From a virus (taxonomy: Duplodnaviria; Caudoviricetes), in the IMG/VR virus record IMGVR_UViG_3300046167_000553, positions 693-64,692 of that record: 64,000 nt of DNA. One strand, given 5' to 3'. Numbering within the stretch: the stretch's first letter is position 1; each line of letters opens with the position of its first letter. Below, in pieces: positions 46,366 through 57,297 of this stretch. The notes under the pieces are model-generated. The model saw nothing but the letters and a program-made list of their open reading frames with translations, searched no databases and was not told where the DNA came from. The position numbers and the translations under genes are program-made.

Positions 46366-47527
46366 ATCTAGCCATCCTTATGTCACATCGGTATCTAGCT
46401 ATTTCTCCGAAATCCTTATGTAAAACGATAGCATTCATATCCCGCCCTGCGCGGTAACCTTTACCAGCGTGCCACGCGTCTTTGGCGGCGAGGGTACGGA
46501 AGCTCTCTACAGTACAGCCCCGAAGCTCCATTTTACGGGAATTGTGTATGTGACCACAATACCAATATCTATGCTCAGAAGCCCCCCATTCTTCGGCTTT
46601 ATCTGTAGCCATCAGGGAACCTAAATCGGCGTGCTTTACAGTATCGCCGTGTGTTACACCTATTAGGTTTTTACCAAAAGCAAAGTAATGGAACTTAGAA
46701 GTTGTAGGTTGAATAGTGACCCGAGGCTCGTTACTGAAATAGGCATCCATAAATGCTGCTAACATCACACTAGAATGATCGTCGTGGTTACCGATGGCGT
46801 TAATGACTTCTACCTTTGGGTGCTTCTTTAACGCTAGCTTAACTACGTCCACCATTAACATGCAGCCTAGCTTTAAGACTTTGGCCCATCGGGTATCAAC
46901 GTCAAGCGCGTGACCGCTACGAGAAGTTGTGTTAGACATATTATCGGCGTGAAAGAAATCACCTAGATTTATGATTAGGCAGGTGCTAGCAGGGGGCGTA
47001 GCTTTAACAAGCTGGTTTGCAGCGGAAAGTAGGTCTTCTCGGGCAATGTTTATATCGAAGTCTTCGCCTGATTCCTCAGCCCACGCATACATACCGATAT
47101 GGGGATCACCCATAGGGATGGCGACAACAATATCATCAGTAGAGGATTTAGGCATTTTGGTGGGCTTAGCCACGCCTTTGTAATCAGCCATCATTTCGTC
47201 AATGGCTTCTTTCATCGCAAGTAGACGTTGCTCTTCAGCGAGTTTAGACTTTACCCACTGGCCTGTCGGCACACCGTCTTCGTTGTAATAAGTCGATACC
47301 CCTGAGACTACAAACCCGTCTGGGACGGGTCGGGTCATATCGTTACTAGGGGCATAACCCTGCTTTGCGGCTTTCTTACGTATCCCTGCAAAAGAAGCGC
47401 GTGCTGTTCGCTCACCAATACCTATAACTCTAGCGGCTTTAGCAATCGAACCTTGTTTAATAGCTTCTTCGACGAGTTTTTTTTGCTTCGGCGTACAATA
47501 GGGCAACAGCCCCTTTAAATCAGACAA
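46358..47527 (-). CDS. Calcineurin-like metallophosphoesterase with N-terminal HTH-like region
   Basis: GDPHIG, LGDFFH, GNHD, THGD, GHIH motifs. Confidence 0.88.
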   Translation of the reverse strand: MSDLKGLLPYCTPKQKKLVEEAIKQGSIAKAARVIGIGERTARASFAGIRKKAAKQGYAPSNDMTRPVPDGFVVSGVSTYYNEDGVPTGQWVKSKLAEEQRLLAMKEAIDEMMADYKGVAKPTKMPKSSTDDIVVAIPMGDPHIGMYAWAEESGEDFDINIAREDLLSAANQLVKATPPASTCLIINLGDFFHADNMSNTTSRSGHALDVDTRWAKVLKLGCMLMVDVVKLALKKHPKVEVINAIGNHDDHSSVMLAAFMDAYFSNEPRVTIQPTTSKFHYFAFGKNLIGVTHGDTVKHADLGSLMATDKAEEWGASEHRYWYCGHIHNSRKMELRGCTVESFRTLAAKDAWHAGKGYRAGRDMNAIVLHKDFGEIARYRCDIRMARYG

Positions 47528-47549
47528 ACTTGCCCCCTTACGATAACCG

Positions 47550-47816
47550 TTACTGTCGTCTTAGAGTTTGACTTGCCCTCTCTATGTCTGCTCTATAAGC
47601 AGCGCGACAGTGGTTATCTTGCCATAAAAATAAGTAGTTTATAGCAATTTGTAATAAATACCAGAAGGTACTTATCTTACGCATACGGTACGCTCTACCG
47701 CTTACTGACTCGTTAGGGTTGTCACTTAGGAATATAACCACGTTAAGCAACTGCGAAAGCGCATCGCCAATACGGACAATATAATCAAAGAGTGGCTGCA
47801 AGCTTGAAAAGGTCAT
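47550..47816 (-). CDS. Hypothetical protein
   Basis: ALSQLLN, PNES.SGRAYR and NHC..A motifs. Confidence 0.7.
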   Translation of the reverse strand: MTFSSLQPLFDYIVRIGDALSQLLNVVIFLSDNPNESVSGRAYRMRKISTFWYLLQIAINYLFLWQDNHCRAAYRADIERASQTLRRQ

Positions 47817-48414
47817 CTAGCTGTGTCTCCGTTAATCCAAGAGCGCCACCCAAGGACGCAACCAGCGGCGAGTTACGCTCTACCTGTGCAGCGTACTCCC
47901 ATTCAATTTGGCTTTCTTCTGGCATCTGAGAAATATTGCCTTCGACTGTGGCTAATAAGCCTTGCTCTTTTAAAGCAAGTCGGGCTTGCCGCATAGTGAC
48001 ATTGGCTTGAGTGCGCCACTGCGCTAAAAACGCAGACTGTTCAGCCGCCGAAAGCGCGACTATATCCCAGCCCTGTATGATTTGCGTATCAGTCTCACTT
48101 GCCGTTTCTTCTAAACGCTGAGTAAATTCATCATAAACAGGCGGATCGGTAGGCACAAACTCTTTCGTTACAGGCGCTACATACGAGCCTGAACCAGCAG
48201 GAGGCAATTCAACACTTTCTGGCGCGGCGTCAACAGCTTGCCAATACGCTACTACGCTTGCAGCATTGCGTTCAACTAGCTCATTAAGACCTTCTACAGA
48301 AAAATCATTTGCCCTAAGATTTCTATACTGGGATTCTCGCCCTTCAGAGCTGTACTCTACTTGTACAAATAGCTGCTTAGGTTCTATTTTTAAAAACTCA
48401 TACGTGTAATTCAT
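47785..48414 (-). CDS. Tail fibre assembly-like protein
   Basis: VTMRQARLAL, IEWEYA, LD.LF..A C-terminus; downstream of the fibre genes. Confidence 0.7.
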   Translation of the reverse strand: MNYTYEFLKIEPKQLFVQVEYSSEGRESQYRNLRANDFSVEGLNELVERNAASVVAYWQAVDAAPESVELPPAGSGSYVAPVTKEFVPTDPPVYDEFTQRLEETASETDTQIIQGWDIVALSAAEQSAFLAQWRTQANVTMRQARLALKEQGLLATVEGNISQMPEESQIEWEYAAQVERNSPLVASLGGALGLTETQLDDLFKLAATL

Positions 48415-48422
48415 TTATCCGC

Positions 48423-49220
48423 CTATATTATAAATGCGATTTTGCTTACGTCGATTCTAAACGATGAGTCGCCAATATATCGAAGGTAGTCAAAATTACC
48501 TCCCGTAGCTATGTAAAGGCGTAGCTCTATTGTTTGACTGTTATCTATAAAATCTTGGACTGTGTTTGTGGTCGTAACTGTGCCGCCACCGCCGAACCAT
48601 TCACCCCCGCTGCCCGTGCTATAAGCAGTTAAACTAGTTGTCGGCAAGTCATAATAAGCGGCGTGAGTTGGAGTTCCACTTCCATTGTCGTCAGCAGGAA
48701 AACTTACGCTAGTAGTTATTTCAATCCTACACAGCAAGTCGGTATCTATAACGCTGAAGTTAGAAGGACTCCATACAATTTTCTGCTTAGGATTATAAAA
48801 CCGAGTAAATGCACTTCCGCTTATTGAATTTACGTTAAGCCTGTACTGCATCGAATAATAGGTGCCACTAATAACGGTTTGGGTAAAGCTTGTCGTTGTG
48901 CTGGCAATATTATCTGGACTGCCACTCGGCCTTATAGCGTTAGCTACCACCGAATTAGTGCCTACCGCGCCTACAGTAGAGGGATTAGTGGTAGTATTTG
49001 ACTCCCAAAGAGTTCTAGCTACAGGGTCAGGAATACTAGAAGCACCATAAAAGTCATTAATGCTTACAGTCGTTCCTGATCCGGTATTAATAGTTTTTCC
49101 AGCAGCAGGGGTAAGACCACGAATATCAGAGTCATTGATGGTACACGCGGTTTGCGAAGTACCGCCAGCCTCTATGTGAATGTCATTAAGACTCAACGCT
49201 CCGTTTGTTGGTAATACCAT
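48423..49220 (-). CDS. Fibre-tip / receptor-binding-associated protein
   Basis: LP..GALSLNDIHIE.GG and DFYG N-terminus, S/T-rich body. Confidence 0.65.
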   Translation of the reverse strand: MVLPTNGALSLNDIHIEAGGTSQTACTINDSDIRGLTPAAGKTINTGSGTTVSINDFYGASSIPDPVARTLWESNTTTNPSTVGAVGTNSVVANAIRPSGSPDNIASTTTSFTQTVISGTYYSMQYRLNVNSISGSAFTRFYNPKQKIVWSPSNFSVIDTDLLCRIEITTSVSFPADDNGSGTPTHAAYYDLPTTSLTAYSTGSGGEWFGGGGTVTTTNTVQDFIDNSQTIELRLYIATGGNFDYLRYIGDSSFRIDVSKIAFII

Positions 49221-52049
49221 TATTTAGCTGCCTTTAAAGTGTCAACTTCAGCTTTTAGTTCTTTTACTGCTTCGATCAGCACAGCCGACCATTTTTGAGT
49301 AATCAACGGTAAGGTGTGTTTGATCTTCTTCACCCATTGTCTGAGCCTCTACAACTAGCTCGGGCAATACTGATTGAACCTCTTGCGCTATTAGGCCAAT
49401 GTCTTTTTTACCTTCTCGCTTGGTTTTTTCATTCCAAGTGAAACTTACACCGCGCAACGCTTGTACTGTATCTAACGGATTTTCTAGCGTCAATACATCG
49501 TCTTTAAATCGCGCATCAGAAGTAAACGCTGCCGTATACGCTGTAATGTTCCCGGCTACGTCCCAAGAAGCTTCATTTGACCCTGTTCCCGTAAGCCTTG
49601 CACCTTCGTCACCATTAACGTACAGACGATGATATGCAGTTGACCCGTCTTGGTAACGCACATAGGTATCAGAGCCGCCAGCATAAACACTAAGCCCTGA
49701 ACCAAGGCGCTGGTCAGTCGCTAGACCTACTGTATCTGCTGCTACGGATATTCCTGTTCCCGCACCTACGTTAAAAGACCTGTCTGCTGTTAGATTACCG
49801 CCTCCGGTAAGGCCGTTACCTGCGGTTAGAGATAGTGTGTTAACAGCAAAACGTCCGTCAATATCTACGGTAGCCCCTGCGTTACCGACACCCGTAAGTG
49901 TAATTATGCCGTTCCCTGAATTGAAAGAAGCGCCACTTACGTAGTCAACACTGTTGGTGTCAGTATTGGTGTCAGTAGAGCTTATTGTAATGGTATTCCC
50001 GCTACGACTAATGGTAGTGGCACCGGCTTCTTGAAACGTTATTGTCTCATCAGCACTTATATTCGTGCTAGTACCTGCGTTAGCTTTAATGTTAAAGCTT
50101 GTGGTGTCGGTATCAACATAATTTGAAGTCAATAGATAACGATTATCTAAGTTAACAGTGGCTCCTGCATTACCGGCACCTGAAAGGGTTAACAAGCCGG
50201 TGGAAGTGTTAAAAGAAGCGTTGTTTATGTAGTCAATCGCATTCGGCGCACTTGTAAGGTAGCGATCATCTAAGTTAACAACTACGTCGCTTAAGCTTGA
50301 CGTTCCTCCACGACCAAGGGTTAGATTGCCGTTTGTGTCGTCAAATGTGGCACTTGTAACGTAGTTGTTAGTGTCAGCAGCCGCGTAACGACCATCAAGA
50401 TTTACTGTTAAATCAGATAACCCTGTCCTTCCTATTGTTAAAACACCAGTACCCGAACTAAAAGCTAAAGTGTCAGCATAGTTATTAGTGTCACTGTAAG
50501 ATGCAATGGGTAAATAGCGCCCATCCATACTAAAAACAATGTCACTTAAGCTACTACTACCTGTTCGACCTAGTGTTACGTTTCCAGTAGCAGAGCTAAA
50601 AGAGGCACTGTTAACATAGTCGTTGGTGTCTGCCGCTGCGCTTGTAAGATAACGGCCATCTAAGTCAACAGTGGCCCCTGCGTTACCTTGCCCTGTGAGC
50701 GTTAACAAGCCGGTGGAAGTGTTAAAAGAAGCACTATTTATATAGTCAACAGCATTCGGTGCACTTATAAGGTAGCGATCATCTAGATTTACTGTTACAT
50801 CAGAAAGAGAGCTAGTCCCTCCAAGACCAAGGGTTAGATCGCCGGTTGTGTCGTCAAATGTGGCACTTGTAACGTAGTTGTTATTATCAGTGTCAGTGTC
50901 AGTTGAGCTTATTACAAACGTACTACCGGTACGACTAATTGACGTAGCACCCCCTTCCTCAAATTCAAGAACATCGTTAGCATTAAGAGTTACGGCTGTT
51001 CCTTCACTTGCAACCTTTGCTTGAAGATCGGTGGTGTTGACGTTTTGATCTGCATATATAGTTACTGTGCCGTTGGTTTGTGTAACAACAGCACTACCGG
51101 AAGTGTTGAAACGAATTTCATCTCCAGCGTCAATTTGAAAACCAGAATCAAGGTTAGTAGCTAACAGAAAGTCAGTAGTATTGGTGTCGGTCTGCGAGTA
51201 CCTTCCGTCTAAGTTTGTGACTATTGTTCCCGCATCTTGTTGAGTTAGGGTAAGGTCACCATTAACAAAAGTAGCTGAGGTTATTGTGTCGCTATACGCT
51301 GCGTTCCAGTTAGCATTGTTGTAACCGGTTTTAGGCGTTGAACCGTCAAAGAAGTCATCAATCTGAGACTCAGTAAAGTACCTGTCATCGTGGTTGTGGC
51401 TATTGTTCGTTACTTGCAGGTTGTCATAAGTGCCTGAAACGTCACCACCAAAGGTAGTGCTTGTCGTTAAACCATCGGTGGCTAGTTGAAAAGCAGAAGC
51501 TTGCAAACCATCAACAGTATCAGCGTCAAGGCCGTTGTTTTCACCCGTATCAGCTTCAGTAAGTACCCTATCTCCAGACACCGTTAGCGCTGTAACGTCT
51601 AAGGCACTGTTAACATCAGTAACACTGGATGCGTTACCCGTACCGCTAAACTTAATAAGAGCGTTAGCGCCGTTACGCAGCGTATAGAACACGCCACCGC
51701 CGAAGTTGCCTTGAAAAAACACTATATCCCTAGAACCGGATAGGTTGTTTTTAACGTTAACTATCTTTTCAGCCAAAGACGGGGTTAGTTGCACGTAAGC
51801 TGTGCCACCTAAGTCCCCTGCATCAGTAAACTCAATAAACGCATTACGCCCTTCAGACACGGAGTTATTATCAATAGGCAGTGCGTTAGGCGAACCTTGT
51901 GACCCTGTATCAGTCAGAGTTTTTACTAAAACCCCTGAAATCGCCTGATCAATCAAGTCCATGTTGGTGTTAACTGTCTGCCCCCAAGTACCGGTTTGAG
52001 AGCCATCAGCGGGTTTCTGAATACCTAAATTAGTTGTATTGGTAGTCAT
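49220..52049 (-). CDS. Tail fibre with C-terminal intramolecular chaperone (peptidase S74-like; 1-bp insertion near 49285)
   Basis: Repeats Y..SA.F....G.LTL......VNLD.RY; SDARFK, GLIAQEV, VDY; removing one base restores MVAVLIEAVKELK and a TAATG overlap. Confidence 0.85.
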
Positions 52050-52060
52050 TTATAACTCCA

Positions 52061-52588
52061 TTAATCCTTATCAACATCACTGTATATTGGGCTTTGGTTT
52101 GAATCAGTTTCAGTCCAAAGATTAACCTGTTCGTTGGGTACGCTAGCGTAACTACCTAAAGCGGGGCCAGTTACGATAGAATAGCTACCGGATTGACCGT
52201 CCAACACTACCGTCCAGAAACTTAAACTTCCAACTGAACCTGTTAGACTGAAACCAGTAGTTTCCATTAATGCGTTAGCTTGTACATTGTACCCTTCAAA
52301 ACTTAAAGATAACAATAAATCGTTAACCGTAGCTCCTGCTTTAGCCAACACATTAACATCATCTAAGGATAAAGCTAACTGCTGCCCAGTAAGGTTAAAT
52401 CGCGAGGATGCCGTTACAATTTCATCACCTGTCGCAATATTTAAAGCCTGTCCAACTATGGGACTTCTACTATTAGCCCCGACAAGGACTGAATTTAAAA
52501 TTAAAGCAGCCTCAACTCCAGCAACAGTAATGCCCGTATCAAGCTGACTTGAAAAAGGACGGCTCGCAAATGAAGCATTACCAAGCAT
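52061..52588 (-). CDS. Tail-associated beta protein
   Basis: MLG..SFAS.PFS N-terminus; between the two fibres. Confidence 0.7.
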   Translation of the reverse strand: MLGNASFASRPFSSQLDTGITVAGVEAALILNSVLVGANSRSPIVGQALNIATGDEIVTASSRFNLTGQQLALSLDDVNVLAKAGATVNDLLLSLSFEGYNVQANALMETTGFSLTGSVGSLSFWTVVLDGQSGSYSIVTGPALGSYASVPNEQVNLWTETDSNQSPIYSDVDKD

Positions 52589-55500
52589 TAGGGTGTGTTG
52601 TTCATGTGAATAAGCTTGCTAACCATATCTTTAAGTTCTTCTATTTCACCTTGCTGCTCTTTAATTGCTTCTATTAACAGTGGCACAAGCCTTTCATATC
52701 TAACAGTTTTATACTCATCGCCAGAAATTGAGTTCCCGTCAATATCCCTATCAAAAGGCGCATCACATACTGCGTCAGGCACTACCGTTTCGATTTCCTG
52801 AGCTATAACACCGTGTTCATGTACGTTCGCTGGCTTAAAGCCTAGGCTATCGCACTTGTCCATATCCCAGTCAAAAGTATAACCACCTATAGACATAATC
52901 TTATTTAATGCGCCGTCTATAGGCGTCTGGTTAAGCTTTAACCTAGAGTCGGATGAATACGCTGTAACATTACCTGCGGAAACTATAGAGCTAGTAGCAG
53001 AAACCGTAGGAACGACTAGAGTGTTATTACTGGTGTTGAAGTACAAAGAATTTCCACTGTCTTTGTATAAAGTAGCCGTATTGTCAGTAGTGCCGTTTGC
53101 CACGGTAAGGACTAAAGCCCTATTGCCAGCAGCATCGCCAACCACCCTAACTTCCGTAGCACTAGCTGAGTTACCTGTACACGAAGCAGCAGTGGTAGCT
53201 GAAGTGGCACTACCTGATATGTTCATCGTTGAACCGCTGATAAACGTGGCTATGGCCGCTGCGGTTCCGTGACGTATAAAGCCGTCATTGCCGGTTTCAA
53301 CGCAAACTTGAGTTACACCACTAGTAACTGTGTTTGGTGTCGTATTAAAGTAGTTCGCGTAGATATACCCGTTACCAGTGCGCTGAACCACAGTGCTATT
53401 GCCAGCGGAAGAGCTTACCGTGAATGGAAAAGAATAGTTGTTTGCGTTAGTGTCACCCGTATAACCAAGATTAGCTAATGTAAGCGTTCTAGTAGAGACT
53501 GTACCATTTGCATCTGTTACGTGACCTAAAGTATCAGTAGTCACGTTTATGTCTATGTCGCTAACAACCGTTGCATTGGTTAATGCGCCTGTATCTACGC
53601 TGAAGTCGTCGCCGTTATAGCTTGGGTGTACGTAAGCATTAGCGTTAGTCGCACCCGTATAACCAAGATTAGCTAATGTAAGCGTTCTAGTCGTCGTACC
53701 TGTTACGTGGCCTAAAGTGTTTATGGATACGTCTGAATAAACATTTGCGCCTGTAAGTGCTGTTTGGTTACCGCCACCGTCGTTGGGATGGACGTAAGCA
53801 TTGGCGTTAGTCGCACCCGTATAACCAAGATTAGCTAATGTTAAGTTTCTAGTGGCAACAGTTCCATTTGCATCTGTTACGTGACCTAAAGTATTAGTAG
53901 TAATATTAAAATCAAGATCACTAATAACCGTTGCACCGGTTAACGCACCCGTATCTATATTAATGTCATCGCCAGTAGCGGAAGGGTGTACGTAAGCATT
54001 AGCGTTAGTCGCACCCGTATAACCAAGATTAGCTAATGTAAGCGTTCTAGTGGCAACAGTTCCGTTAGCATCTGTTACGTGACCTAAAGTATTAGTACTA
54101 ATATTAAAATCAAGATCACTAATAACCGTTGCACCGGTTAACGCACCCGTATCTATATTAATGTCATCGCCAGCAGCGGCGGGATGGGTGTAGTTATTTG
54201 CGCTAGGAGCTATGGTATCTAGCTTTGCTCCGTCGGAAGCAACATCCCTGCCGTCTACCGTTCCAGTTAAGGTTATATTGCCGGGAAAATCAGAATTACC
54301 ACTAGCGTTGTTAATAACTGCGGTTTTGCGTCCAGCCCATCCTGAACCCCAGTTATCGGGAGATGAGGTAACAGTTAGACCTGATTCGGCGTTAATGTAG
54401 ACCGCTTCGGCGGTTTGACCCGTAGCCTGACCGTTAGATTCACCTCCGTTTATTACAAGCGCTCCGCCAGAATAATTAGTTACCTTATCGGTTACAACGC
54501 CAGCATCGGCGGTTAGTACGTTAGCAAGCCAGTTAGTACCTAAAGAGCCTCCTGCGGGAGCATAACTGCCTACAGGTTGTTTGCCATCTAGAGCAGTTTG
54601 CAGTCCATCTACGTTAGCAATTATGTGATTATGGCTGTCGTCAGCCACTACAATGGCGTTATACGCACCACTTACATCACCACCAAATGCAGTAGATGTA
54701 GTTAGATAATTTCCTGAAGGTTGATAACTACCTACAGGTTGTTTGCCGTCTAGAGCAGTTTGCAGTCCATCTACGTTAGCAATTATGTGATTATGGCTGT
54801 CGTCAGCCACTACAATGGCGTTATACGCACCACTTACGTCACCACCAAATGTAGTAGATGTAGTTAGATAGCTACCTGTAGCCTGTTTGCCATCTAGAGC
54901 AGTTTGTAGTCCATCTACGTTACCAATTGTATGATTGTGGCTGTCATCAGCTACTACAATCGCATCATAAGTTCCACTTACGTCACCGCCAAATCCAGTA
55001 GATGTAGTTAGATAGCTACCTGTAGCCTGTTTGCCATCTAGAGCAGTTTGTAGTCCATCTACGTTACCAATTGTATGATTGTGGCTGTCATCAGCTACTA
55101 CAATCGCATCATAAGTGCCTGAAACATCACCACCAAAGCTATCGGCTGTAGTTAGATAGCTACCTGTAGCCTGTTTGCCGTCTAGAGCAGTTTGCAGTCC
55201 ATCTACGTTAGCAATTATGTGATTATGGCTGTCATCAGCTACTACAATCGCATCATAAGTTCCACTTACGTCACCGCCAAAGCTATCGGCTGTAGTTAGA
55301 TAGCTACCTGTAGCCTGTTTGCCGTCTAGAGCAGTTTGCAGTCCATCTACGTTAGCAATTATGTGATTATGGCTGTCATCAGCTACTACAATCGCGTTAT
55401 ACGCACCACTTACGTCACCACCAAATGTAGTAGATGTAGTTAATCCGTCTGTAATTAAGCTTTGAGCTTCATCGGCAGGAAGGTCTACAAATACTGCTTT

Positions 55501-55764
55501 TTCGCCAGCAGCAAAATTAACCAATGCGCCGTTGTTACTAGAAGACTTTACCGTGGTACGAGCTAGTGTTGAGGCATTGTATGTACCCTCACCCACTTCC
55601 CATTCATTAGCAATTTCGTCTACGATGACGTAGAACGTAGTGTCTCCGTTAGAAAGGTAAGAAGAAAAAGCAACAAAACCCGTAACGGCACCTGATAAGG
55701 TTATTGACCCTGTGCCAGTTGAAGTTGTGGTTTCTTGAACCCTATCAGCTAATACAAAAGCCAT
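52588..55764 (-). CDS. Long tail fibre with tandem repeats and S74-like chaperone
   Basis: MAFVLADRVQETTT.TGTG N-terminus; SDSRLK, GVIAQE, YERLVPLLIEAIKE. Confidence 0.9.
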   Translation of the reverse strand: MAFVLADRVQETTTSTGTGSITLSGAVTGFVAFSSYLSNGDTTFYVIVDEIANEWEVGEGTYNASTLARTTVKSSSNNGALVNFAAGEKAVFVDLPADEAQSLITDGLTTSTTFGGDVSGAYNAIVVADDSHNHIIANVDGLQTALDGKQATGSYLTTADSFGGDVSGTYDAIVVADDSHNHIIANVDGLQTALDGKQATGSYLTTADSFGGDVSGTYDAIVVADDSHNHTIGNVDGLQTALDGKQATGSYLTTSTGFGGDVSGTYDAIVVADDSHNHTIGNVDGLQTALDGKQATGSYLTTSTTFGGDVSGAYNAIVVADDSHNHIIANVDGLQTALDGKQPVGSYQPSGNYLTTSTAFGGDVSGAYNAIVVADDSHNHIIANVDGLQTALDGKQPVGSYAPAGGSLGTNWLANVLTADAGVVTDKVTNYSGGALVINGGESNGQATGQTAEAVYINAESGLTVTSSPDNWGSGWAGRKTAVINNASGNSDFPGNITLTGTVDGRDVASDGAKLDTIAPSANNYTHPAAAGDDINIDTGALTGATVISDLDFNISTNTLGHVTDANGTVATRTLTLANLGYTGATNANAYVHPSATGDDINIDTGALTGATVISDLDFNITTNTLGHVTDANGTVATRNLTLANLGYTGATNANAYVHPNDGGGNQTALTGANVYSDVSINTLGHVTGTTTRTLTLANLGYTGATNANAYVHPSYNGDDFSVDTGALTNATVVSDIDINVTTDTLGHVTDANGTVSTRTLTLANLGYTGDTNANNYSFPFTVSSSAGNSTVVQRTGNGYIYANYFNTTPNTVTSGVTQVCVETGNDGFIRHGTAAAIATFISGSTMNISGSATSATTAASCTGNSASATEVRVVGDAAGNRALVLTVANGTTDNTATLYKDSGNSLYFNTSNNTLVVPTVSATSSIVSAGNVTAYSSDSRLKLNQTPIDGALNKIMSIGGYTFDWDMDKCDSLGFKPANVHEHGVIAQEIETVVPDAVCDAPFDRDIDGNSISGDEYKTVRYERLVPLLIEAIKEQQGEIEELKDMVSKLIHMNNTP
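53440..54190 (-). repeat. Four fibre repeats (HP...TGALTGATV.SD......LGHVT......TRTLTLANLGYTG.TNAN.Y)
   Basis: Seen in both translation and DNA. Confidence 0.85.
54570..55450 (-). repeat. Six tandem ~141-bp fibre repeats (FGGDVSG.Y.AIVVADDSHNH.I.NVDGLQTALDGKQ)
   Basis: Near-identical at DNA level. Confidence 0.9.
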
Positions 55765-56183
55765 TAGACTATCCTAATAATAGCGCTAGTTGCGTCCCCT
55801 ACTGGAAGCTGTACTTCAAAATCACCTGTCGTTGAAGTCTTATCTTCACCAAAGTCTAAAACAGCAATTGCTCGGTTACCTTTACTAGAGTTGTAAATTA
55901 AAGCGCCTCTAGCAGTAAGACTTACATTAGAGAAAATAACATTATCAAAATCAACAAAAGCTGTATTTCCTGTTAAAGAAATAACAACATTGGTAATGTT
56001 GGCTCCCCCTGCGGTATAATTAGTACCTGAAGTTTCACCACTTGTGGTATACGCAGTCGTCGATGAGCTTAGAGATGCACTATCTAGGAAGAGCGCCATT
56101 TTAAGCTGATCTGTGTCAAGATCGTGAATGCCGCCAAAGAGTTCTTCTTTGAATGACCCACACATAGATTGCACTATTGCCAT
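55764..56183 (-). CDS. Tail-associated structural protein
   Basis: SFK.EL, TTAY, ARGALIYN, VLDFG.DK motifs. Confidence 0.8.
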   Translation of the reverse strand: MAIVQSMCGSFKEELFGGIHDLDTDQLKMALFLDSASLSSSTTAYTTSGETSGTNYTAGGANITNVVISLTGNTAFVDFDNVIFSNVSLTARGALIYNSSKGNRAIAVLDFGEDKTSTTGDFEVQLPVGDATSAIIRIV

Positions 56184-56195
56184 TACGTTCTCCTA

Positions 56196-56825
56196 TTAAA
56201 TAACGCTAGCTACGGTTTCACCAAAACGATAAGTGTCTTGTCGTAGCTTACCATCACCTAAAGATTTTAGCATCAAAACTGCTTGATCGCGCATTTGCTG
56301 ATACGTTCCCATAGTGTCGGGGTCAGATTTCATAAATCTAGCTGCTTCCACAAGGCAAGTATTCAATAGAGCGTTATCAAAATTGTCTCCAACCCAAGAC
56401 GTTCCAGCAGTGACAATGCTTTCAGGACGATAGCCGTAATGAACCTCCACTGAATAGTCAGAATCAGGGGTAGGGCCAATAATAAGAGAGTCTGTATCAA
56501 AAATGCCGTAGTGTTTAGGAAATCCTACACTGGTGGCGTTAGGGTAAGCTTCTCTTATAAAGTTAACGTCTTTAAATAACAAAAAATTAGTATTTCCCGA
56601 ACTGTCTACCGCTGAGACGCTATATAAATATAGAAAATCACTAGGCAAGGACAAATATGAGTTGTTTTGCGATACATTACCTAACTGATTTTTACGTAAA
56701 GCGGGTATCTGCACGGATTCGTACAGAAACTTCTCAGCCTGTCGCGTAAACAGCGCCAACTGAGCAGCGGTGTACGTGTTTTCAGTAATATCCTGAATGT
56801 TGTCAGTCAGTTCGGAATAATTCAT
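56196..56825 (-). CDS. Head-tail adaptor / tail tubular A-like protein
   Basis: MNYSEL...IQ...EN, FIREAYP, PKHY, GPTPD. Confidence 0.75.
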   Translation of the reverse strand: MNYSELTDNIQDITENTYTAAQLALFTRQAEKFLYESVQIPALRKNQLGNVSQNNSYLSLPSDFLYLYSVSAVDSSGNTNFLLFKDVNFIREAYPNATSVGFPKHYGIFDTDSLIIGPTPDSDYSVEVHYGYRPESIVTAGTSWVGDNFDNALLNTCLVEAARFMKSDPDTMGTYQQMRDQAVLMLKSLGDGKLRQDTYRFGETVASVI

Positions 56826-56834
56826 AAGAACACC

Positions 56835-56972
56835 TTATGCCATTGGCCCACGGCATGTTTTTCCTCGCTTAGCGGCACCAGCGCCGCGCATTACCACGCC
56901 ACCGCTCTTCATTTTTTTACATGAACACTTGGCGCTTCCGCAATTAGTGCACTTTTTAGAGGATTTTTTCAT
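56835..56972 (-). CDS. Small basic protein (45 aa)
   Basis: Hand translation ending MRGAGAAKRGKTCRGPMA. Confidence 0.65.
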   Translation of the reverse strand: MKKSSKKCTNCGSAKCSCKKMKSGGVVMRGAGAAKRGKTCRGPMA

Positions 56973-56979
56973 AATACAC

Positions 56980-57297
56980 CTATGTTGTTTGTACGTTTAC
57001 GGAGTTTAGGAACATCGCAGTAGCTATTTTGCTACTGTTAACAGCAATAATGTGCGCTCTACTTGCAGCGTAACCCGCATAATCGGGTCGTGGGTCACGA
57101 ATAGCTTGAGGATCGTAAATTGGCTTTTCGCCTAAATGGCGCTGAGGGTGATCTTTCTCCCAGCACTCGCTACAAACCTTAGTATTCGTATCTTTACCTT
57201 TTATAACTAGCTTTTTTAAGTCCTTTAGCTTGTAACGAAAGCCGCAGCGATCACATTCAGCTAACGCTCGCTTAGTCGAAGCGTAAATTTTACCCAC
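56980..57297 (-). CDS. Zn-binding neck-region protein
   Basis: CDRCGFRY...VC.EC....HPQ...DPQA..DPRPD; GTG start 57297. Confidence 0.75.
   Translation of the reverse strand: MGKIYASTKRALAECDRCGFRYKLKDLKKLVIKGKDTNTKVCSECWEKDHPQRHLGEKPIYDPQAIRDPRPDYAGYAASRAHIIAVNSSKIATAMFLNSVNVQTT

Noticed and set aside
49220-55764. Diversity-generating retroelement or invertible tail-fibre system
   Set aside because: No reverse transcriptase or invertase; the repeats are tandem and in frame, not template/variable pairs or inverted cassettes
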